Positions 16,775 through 24,000 of a DNA stretch of 24,000 nt are shown here, one piece after another. The notes below the pieces were generated by a model. The model did no database searches. It was not told the DNA's origin and was given only the letters and a program-made list of their open reading frames with translations. The position numbers were made by a program, and so were the translations under genes. The DNA comes from an uncultured Candidatus Saccharibacteria bacterium (GTDB lineage Bacteria > Patescibacteriota > Minisyncoccia > Phycocordibacterales > UBA918): positions 1,684 through 25,683 of the forward strand of contig CAZCWH010000006.1 of assembly GCA_964502345.1 (NCBI GenBank), in the 5' to 3' direction. Each line of letters starts with the position of its first letter. The stretch's first letter is position 1.

Positions 16775-17392
16775 ATGAAACGTCTTGGACAAAAGAAGTG
16801 TATAGACGCAGTGCAGGGTGGTTTTACTCTTGTAGAAACTCTTGTTGCAATCAGTATCCTCCTTCTTGTAGTTATTGGGCCAATGACTATCGCCGCAAAG
16901 GGAATGCAGATGGGATATTACGCCAATGAGCAGAGTACAGCAGTATTTATGGCACAAGAGGCAATCGAATCGATTCAGAAATTACGTGACGATAATGCCC
17001 TCGCACTCCTCGAGAGTCCTCCGACGAGTGCAAACTCATGGGACTGGTATAACAATCTTCCTGATTCCTGCAAGATGGACGGTGGCAATGATAATGGGTG
17101 TGATTTAGATATTACTGGACCAAGCTATATTAATTGTAATGCGACAAGTACGTGCACAATTGAGATGGATACGAATAATGTCGGTATCGTTATATATGGA
17201 TACGGTGGGGGAGGTTGGGTCCCTACAATTTTTAACCGTTTCATTCGGGTTGAACCAGAAGTTGTGGGGGGTGTCACCATTGGTGCGAAAGTAAGCGTAA
17301 CGGTTACTTGGCCTGCACACCTTTTTTCCGACACGAACCGCGTGGTAAGGATGCAGACATGGATATATGATCACTATCAACACTTTGAATAA
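16775..17392 (+). CDS. Minor pseudopilin, PilV/GspI-like
   Basis: GG|FTLVETLVAISILLLVVIGPMTIAAKG. Confidence 0.8.
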   Translation: MKRLGQKKCIDAVQGGFTLVETLVAISILLLVVIGPMTIAAKGMQMGYYANEQSTAVFMAQEAIESIQKLRDDNALALLESPPTSANSWDWYNNLPDSCKMDGGNDNGCDLDITGPSYINCNATSTCTIEMDTNNVGIVIYGYGGGGWVPTIFNRFIRVEPEVVGGVTIGAKVSVTVTWPAHLFSDTNRVVRMQTWIYDHYQHFE

Positions 17393-17393
17393 T

Positions 17394-17966
17394 ATGAACA
17401 TGTCATCACAAAAACAGAGTGGTTTTACACTTCTCATCACACTCCTCCTCATGAGCGTACTCCTTGGTGTGAGTGGATCGCTTCTCAGTGTGGTGTTACG
17501 TCAGTATCTGCTTTCGGGTATTTCCGAAAATTCAGAGATGGCATTCCAAGCTGCGAATGCAGGTATTGAATGCCTCTTGTACCATGACCATAAGAATGAT
17601 TTAACAACCGGAATAAGTATCTTTGATGTCGATGGTACGTCACCGTTCACTCCCCGTGCTGCGGTCGTCGGTCTTTCATGTATGGGTGACACCTCAAATG
17701 ATGTGAGCGGTAGTGGTGATATAACGAGTGGCGAAGAACAGGAGTTTCAATTTGATTGGGGAAGCCCAGCTCTGTGTACAGAGGTGAGCATCTACAAATT
17801 TAGTAGTGATGTTGCCGCTACAAATATGGCAGGTATTGGTGTCGCAAGGGTGTGTCCGGCAGATAGTGTTTGTACAGTCATAAAATCGCGCGGATACAAT
17901 ACCTCATGTGCGAATATTACGACCATGCCTCGAACAGTTGAACGAGAGCTCGTTCAAGTGTATTAA
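17394..17966 (+). CDS. Minor pilin, PilX/GspK-like (no Glu at mature position 5)
   Basis: SG|FTLLITLLLMSVLLGVSGSLLSVVL, then AFQAANAGIECLLY. ATG at 17394 within ORF 17367..17966. Confidence 0.78.
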   Translation: MNMSSQKQSGFTLLITLLLMSVLLGVSGSLLSVVLRQYLLSGISENSEMAFQAANAGIECLLYHDHKNDLTTGISIFDVDGTSPFTPRAAVVGLSCMGDTSNDVSGSGDITSGEEQEFQFDWGSPALCTEVSIYKFSSDVAATNMAGIGVARVCPADSVCTVIKSRGYNTSCANITTMPRTVERELVQVY

Positions 17967-17988
17967 TCCCGTTAAAGATTATGACGTT

Positions 17989-20276
<2,288 letters not shown>

Positions 20277-20295
20277 GGATGCTAGTATAACGCCC

Positions 20296-20601
20296 ATGCA
20301 AAGAGAAGATATTGAACATTTGGCACGACTTTCACGCATTGAGCTTGCGGGAGATGAAGCCGATGTGCTTGCGGAAAATATCACCTCCATTCTTAATTAT
20401 GTGAGTGAGATTAATGAGATTACGGGGGATGCGGGACTCACTAAAAAAGTTGGACCGGTACATAATGTATTTCGAGAAGATGGAGAGCCTCATGCAGCGG
20501 GTCAGTACACCAATGACCTCCTCAATGCCGCCCCCGATAGAGACGGCGCATATGTGAGGGTCAAGAAAATCTTGGGAGGAGAGCCAAAAAATAAAATATG
20601 A
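20296..20601 (+). CDS. gatC: Asp-tRNA(Asn)/Glu-tRNA(Gln) amidotransferase subunit C
   Basis: MQREDIEHLARLSRIEL start and overlapping gatA downstream. Track ORF starts upstream at 20260. Confidence 0.9.
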   Translation: MQREDIEHLARLSRIELAGDEADVLAENITSILNYVSEINEITGDAGLTKKVGPVHNVFREDGEPHAAGQYTNDLLNAAPDRDGAYVRVKKILGGEPKNKI

Positions 20602-22007
20602 CCATTTCTGAACTCCGAAAAAAATTTATAGCTGGTACCTACACTCCACTTGACGCATATAATGACATGCGAGCCATAATTGATGCGCAAAATGCTGAGC
20701 TCAATGTGTTTATAGATGTGTACGACGACGCGCGAGTTGCTGCAGAAGAAGCTACGGCACGCTACGCAGTGGAGGGGGAGAATGCACCAATGCTTCTTGG
20801 TATGCCAATTGCGATAAAGAACAATATTCTCACAAAAGGAAAGCGTGCCACAGCGGCCTCAAAAATACTTGAAAACTATATTGCGACCTACGATGCAACG
20901 GTTATTGAGCGAATGAAAAAGGATGGACCTGTTTTTATGGGGAGTACCAACCTCGATGAATTCGCCATGGGATCCTCAACAGAGAATTCAGCCTTTGGTG
21001 TTACAAAAAATCCAATTGATCCATCTCGTATCCCTGGAGGTTCTTCAGGGGGTTCTGCAGCGGCAGTTGCTATGGGTGCCGCTGTAGCTGCGCTAGGAAC
21101 GGATACAGGGGGTTCCGTACGACTTCCTGGTAGTTTCTGTGGTCTTGTTGGTTTTAAACCAACCTATGGGGCTATTTCACGGCATGGTCTTATTGCAATG
21201 GGCTCTTCACTCGATCAGGCAGGTACCCTCACGGAGTCAGTAGAGGACGCAGAGATTATTTTCGATGTAGTGAGTGGAAAAGACGTTATGGATGCGACCA
21301 CTATTGATGAGCATACCTATCCTGAAGTCGAGGTGAAGGAAAAATATCGCATTGGAATACCACGAGATTTTCTTATGGGGGGAATTGATGCGGATGTACT
21401 CACTGTTTTTGAAAAAAAGATTCAAGATTTGATTGCAGCGGGACATGAAGTTGTTGATGTTGAGTTACCACTCATGAAGCGAGGGCTCGCAGCATACTAT
21501 GTGGTGATGCCTGCTGAAGTTTCATCAAATTTGGCGCGATACGATGGGGTTCGGTACGGACTACATGTGGAAGGAGACACGCTTCTTGCAGATTATATGA
21601 AGACACGTGCAACAGGTTTTGGTGAAGAGGTGAAACGCAGAATCCTTCTGGGTACCTATGTACTGAGTGCTGGTTACTATGATGCCTACTACGGTAATGC
21701 CGAGAAGGTGCGCGTCATGATGCGTGAAGAACTTGCAAATATTTTTGAGAAAGTAGACCTTATCATGACGCCGACAGCACCTATTGTCGCTCCTAAAATT
21801 GGTGAGAAGAGTGACCCACTCTCGATGTACCTACTCGACATATTCACTGTTCCGGTTAACCTTACGGGTGTACCCGCAATCTCATTACCGAGTGGAACTG
21901 TAGAGAGAGAGGGAATTCAGTTACCGGTTGGGGTACAATATATAGCACCACTGAATGGAGACCGCAGACTTTTTGATTTTGGTAAAAAGGTTCACGATAC
22001 AAAATAG
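20598..22007 (+). CDS. gatA: Asp-tRNA(Asn)/Glu-tRNA(Gln) amidotransferase subunit A
   Basis: Amidase signature GGSSGGSAAAVAMGAAVAALGTDTGGSVRLPGSFCGLVGFKPTYG, plus the KNN catalytic Lys region. Confidence 0.95.
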   Translation: MTISELRKKFIAGTYTPLDAYNDMRAIIDAQNAELNVFIDVYDDARVAAEEATARYAVEGENAPMLLGMPIAIKNNILTKGKRATAASKILENYIATYDATVIERMKKDGPVFMGSTNLDEFAMGSSTENSAFGVTKNPIDPSRIPGGSSGGSAAAVAMGAAVAALGTDTGGSVRLPGSFCGLVGFKPTYGAISRHGLIAMGSSLDQAGTLTESVEDAEIIFDVVSGKDVMDATTIDEHTYPEVEVKEKYRIGIPRDFLMGGIDADVLTVFEKKIQDLIAAGHEVVDVELPLMKRGLAAYYVVMPAEVSSNLARYDGVRYGLHVEGDTLLADYMKTRATGFGEEVKRRILLGTYVLSAGYYDAYYGNAEKVRVMMREELANIFEKVDLIMTPTAPIVAPKIGEKSDPLSMYLLDIFTVPVNLTGVPAISLPSGTVEREGIQLPVGVQYIAPLNGDRRLFDFGKKVHDTK

Positions 22008-22039
22008 TTCAGTATCGTATCTCAACTGGTGGACCAAGC

Positions 22040-22648
22040 ATGTATCCACAAGTAAATTTTGAAGAGAGAACACTCGAAGGTCCCGGAATTGATATTTTCG
22101 GGCTTATTAAAGCAGCATTTGACGCCATTCGGGGTACGGATGGCACCTCGTTTATTGATATGATCGTGGGTTGGTGGAATATTTACTCTGTCATCGCAAT
22201 CATTTTCTCACTTCTTTTTTTCCTCGGATTTATATATGCAAAAATTCGTTACGGTGAACTATCAGATATTGAGCAGGAGGCACTTCGAGAAGCCGAAGCA
22301 AAGTGGCTCGCAATGACAGGGGGATTGAAGACTGAAAACAATAGATGGTCTGAGATAGAGCGCCACAGTAATGAGGAGAATCCAAACTCGTGGCGAATCG
22401 CGATTATCGAGGCCGATATCCTACTTGAGGAGACATTGAATAATGCTGGATATGTTGGCGCAACAATGAGCGAGAAGCTCAAATCAGCAAACGTAACTTC
22501 GTTTACGACATTACAAGATGCATGGGAAGCACATAAGGTTCGTAATGAAATTGCACACGTTGGAAGTGATTTTGTCCTTACAAAACGGATTGCACAAGAA
22601 ACGCTTACGCGATACGAGCGTGTGTTCAAGGAATTTGGCGTTATATAG
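22040..22648 (+). CDS. Membrane-anchored hypothetical protein with a C-terminal HEPN-like Rx4H motif
   Basis: TM segment IYSVIAIIFSLLFFLGFIYAKI, C-terminal DAWEAHKVRNEIAHVGSDF...ETLTRYERVFKEFG. Confidence 0.7.
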   Translation: MYPQVNFEERTLEGPGIDIFGLIKAAFDAIRGTDGTSFIDMIVGWWNIYSVIAIIFSLLFFLGFIYAKIRYGELSDIEQEALREAEAKWLAMTGGLKTENNRWSEIERHSNEENPNSWRIAIIEADILLEETLNNAGYVGATMSEKLKSANVTSFTTLQDAWEAHKVRNEIAHVGSDFVLTKRIAQETLTRYERVFKEFGVI

Positions 22649-22681
22649 TTTGCATATCTCTGAGACATGAGGTACATTCTT

Positions 22682-22718
22682 GTGTACATTATGTTGTTCA
22701 CGTTGAACACATAACACA
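22682..22718. repeat. Imperfect palindrome downstream of the 22040 gene
   Basis: GTGTACATTATGTTGTTCACGTTGAACACATAACACAC: both halves match nearly throughout. Confidence 0.6.
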
Positions 22719-22742
22719 CTTCAACGCGAGTAGAGGAAGAGG

Positions 22743-22811
22743 GTAATCAATCCAGTGGATTGATTACGGGGAGGCGTAGCCTCCCGAGGACTTTCTTTAC
22801 TCCGCAAGGAG
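22743..22811 (+). ncRNA. Run of three adjacent perfect hairpins, candidate structured RNA
   Basis: GTAATCAATCC-AGT-GGATTGATTAC (22743-22767); GGGAGGC-GTA-GCCTCCC (22769-22785); CTCC-GCAA-GGAG (22800-22811, GNRA tetraloop). Confidence 0.4.
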
Positions 22812-22822
22812 ACATATAATCG

Positions 22823-22844
22823 TCAGATTAATTCATCGCGGGGT
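22823..22844 (+). repeat. 22-nt direct repeat copy 1: tRNA-fMet leader plus first 8 nt of the tRNA
   Basis: TCAGATTAATTCATCGCGGGGT, identical to 22946..22967. Confidence 0.95.
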
Positions 22845-22932
22845 GAGACAGTCCTGTGGACTGTCGCAAGAGGTTGTCCATATTTCGAGTTTACGAGAAA
22901 TATGATACAACCTGAACAGGTTCTGTAAGAAC
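22845..22932 (+). ncRNA. Candidate ~88-nt palindromic element interrupting the duplicated tRNA-fMet 5' half
   Basis: Hairpins GACAGTC/GACTGTC (22847-22865); AGGTTGT..CATATTTC / GAAATATG..ACAACCT (22871-22913); GTTC-TGTAA-GAAC (22920-22932). Related to the minus-strand sequence of 5071-5130. Confidence 0.5.
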
Positions 22933-22945
22933 GAGGAGAGGTAGA

Positions 22946-22967
22946 TCAGATTAATTCATCGCGGGGT
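22946..22967 (+). repeat. 22-nt direct repeat copy 2, overlapping the start of functional tRNA-fMet
   Basis: TCAGATTAATTCATCGCGGGGT. Confidence 0.95.
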
Positions 22968-23030
22968 AGAGGAGAGGTACCTCGGGAGGCTCATAACCTC
23001 CAGACCCCGGTTCGATTCCGGGCCCCGCAA
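22960..23030 (+). tRNA. Initiator tRNA-fMet (anticodon CAT)
   Basis: CGCGGGGTAGAGGAGAGGTACCTCGGGAGGCTCATAACCTCCAGACCCCGGTTCGATTCCGGGCCCCGCAA. The C1/A72 mismatch is diagnostic of initiator tRNA. No encoded CCA. Confidence 0.95.
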
Positions 23031-23035
23031 CAAGA

Positions 23036-23069
23036 AACACAAAAGCCACCTCAGAGTGGCTTTTGTGTT
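23036..23069 (+). terminator. Terminator-like hairpin after tRNA-fMet
   Basis: AACACAAAAGCCAC-CTCAGA-GTGGCTTTTGTGTT, 14-bp perfect stem. Confidence 0.8.
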
Positions 23070-23086
23070 ACGCCGTTGCGGGGCCA

Positions 23087-23209
23087 GCAAGCAAAATGCT
23101 TTGCTTGCGTCGGAATCGAACGAGCGGAACCATGTTTCGGCTAAACAAAATGCCGAAACGGGTGAGCTGAGCTAACAGATACTTATGAGCGTAGCGAATT
23201 AGTAATCTG
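23087..23209. repeat. Cluster of three further inverted repeats with tRNA-like D- and T-arm sequence fragments on the minus strand
   Basis: GCAAGCAAA-ATGC-TTTGCTTGC (23087-23108); GTTTCGGC...GCCGAAAC (23134-23159); CAGATACT...AGTAATCTG (23176-23209). Minus-strand GTTAGCTCAG and GTTCGATTCC lie between them. Confidence 0.55.
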
Positions 23210-23292
23210 ATGTCGATTCTATACCCTCATTACCTGATTCTGTGACTAAACGCATCCTCAAACACATGTTTTTGTGATATAAATGCAGGCAT

Positions 23293-24000
23293 ATGCAATG
23301 TGTCATTCTTGCGGCCGGCAAAGGTACACGACTCCGACCACTCACAGAGAATTGTCCAAAACCGCTTGTGCAGGTTGCTGGAAAGCCGCTTCTCGACCAT
23401 ATTGTTGAAGCACTCCCTTCAGGTGTTGATGAGCTCATTATTGTTGTTGGCTATTTAGGTGAGATGATCAAGTCGTATTGCGGTTCCGAATTTCATGGGC
23501 GTAAGGTGACATATGTTGAACAAAAGGAGCAGAATGGAACCGCGTGGGCACTGTGGCTTTGCAAGGATCTGATAAAAGGTCGGTTCCTATTCCTTTTTGC
23601 TGACGATATTCATGGGAGGGAAGACCTTGCTCGCGCAACTTCATACACCCGTTCGCTTCTTGTAGCTTCGGTCAGTAACCCAGAGAAGTTCGGTATCGTT
23701 GTCCGAAATCCCGACGGTACACTCGGACTCATGATTGAAAAGCCTGAACACGCGCCCTCAAATTGTGCGAGTACTGGAGCAATGGTTCTTGATGAACATA
23801 TTTTTGAATTCGAGCCACAGACTCCCGTAAAAAATGAATTCTATCTCACGGAGGTGATTGAGCGATATGCCAAGAAATACCCAATTGCAGTAGTGGAACA
23901 GCAACTCTGGATTCCTATCGGATTCCCAGAAGACATTGCACGCGCTGAAAAGTTCCTCTCAATTCGGAAGGATGGACGAGTTGAAGTGGGGAGTATCTAA
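23293..24000 (+). CDS. Sugar-1-phosphate nucleotidyltransferase
   Basis: MQCVILAAGKGTRLRPLTENCPKPLVQVAGKPLLDHIVEAL, ADDIHG, NEFYLTEVI. The stop codon is the last three bases of the window. Confidence 0.9.
   Translation: MQCVILAAGKGTRLRPLTENCPKPLVQVAGKPLLDHIVEALPSGVDELIIVVGYLGEMIKSYCGSEFHGRKVTYVEQKEQNGTAWALWLCKDLIKGRFLFLFADDIHGREDLARATSYTRSLLVASVSNPEKFGIVVRNPDGTLGLMIEKPEHAPSNCASTGAMVLDEHIFEFEPQTPVKNEFYLTEVIERYAKKYPIAVVEQQLWIPIGFPEDIARAEKFLSIRKDGRVEVGSI

Noticed and set aside
6142-17966. Type II secretion or outer-membrane pilus system with a secretin
   Set aside because: No PilQ/GspD-like secretin or lipoprotein pilotin in the cluster. Gene content fits a single-membrane type IV pilus.
20598-22007. 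gatCAB operon
   Set aside because: Only gatC and gatA are present here. The following gene is not gatB, so a complete operon is not supported.
22249-22719. 156-aa minus-strand ORF antisense to the HEPN-like gene
   Set aside because: Its start falls in the palindrome at 22682-22718, the composition is not protein-like, and the plus-strand gene explains the region.
22720-22960. Possible RNase P RNA, tmRNA or SRP RNA
   Set aside because: I looked for the conserved RNase P (GAGGAAAGTCCGG), tmRNA 5' end and SRP (GGTCAGG..GGAAGCAGCC) cores and did not see them. A covariance search is still needed.
22823-22967. Insertion sequence with target site duplication
   Set aside because: The insert is only ~88 nt between split tRNA fragments, with no transposase and no terminal inverted repeats spanning it. 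At most a non-autonomous palindromic element.

Overview
This window looks like a Candidate Phyla Radiation/Patescibacteria-type genome segment, judged from gene content and small, degenerate protein forms. It contains:
- a 5'-truncated view of recG on the minus strand;
- a GC-rich hypothetical CDS behind a near-perfect sigma70 promoter;
- a malic enzyme, a cupredoxin-like protein, tRNA-Ser(GCU) and a ComF-like phosphoribosyltransferase;
- a roughly 12 kb monoderm-style type IV pilus locus (pilM, pilN-like, pilO-like, small protein, pilB, CheY-like regulator, pilT, pilC, major pilin, an inverted second pilin, pilD, four minor pilins);
- a GIY-YIG protein, ligA, gatC, gatA, a membrane protein with an RNEIAH motif, initiator tRNA-Met and a sugar nucleotidyltransferase.

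The most unusual signal is in the two tRNA-containing intergenic regions, about 18 kb apart. Both carry related small structured elements: an AGGTTGT...ACAACCT long hairpin, then CTGAACAG, then a short hairpin with loop TGTAA whose stem differs between copies with pairing preserved. They sit among partial duplicate fragments of the neighbouring tRNA gene. At tRNA-fMet the arrangement reads as a tandemly duplicated leader plus tRNA 5' half, with an ~88-nt palindromic element inserted in the first copy. A second theme is loss of canonical zinc-binding cysteines in three separate proteins (ComF, PilB, LigA), while PilD keeps its cysteines.
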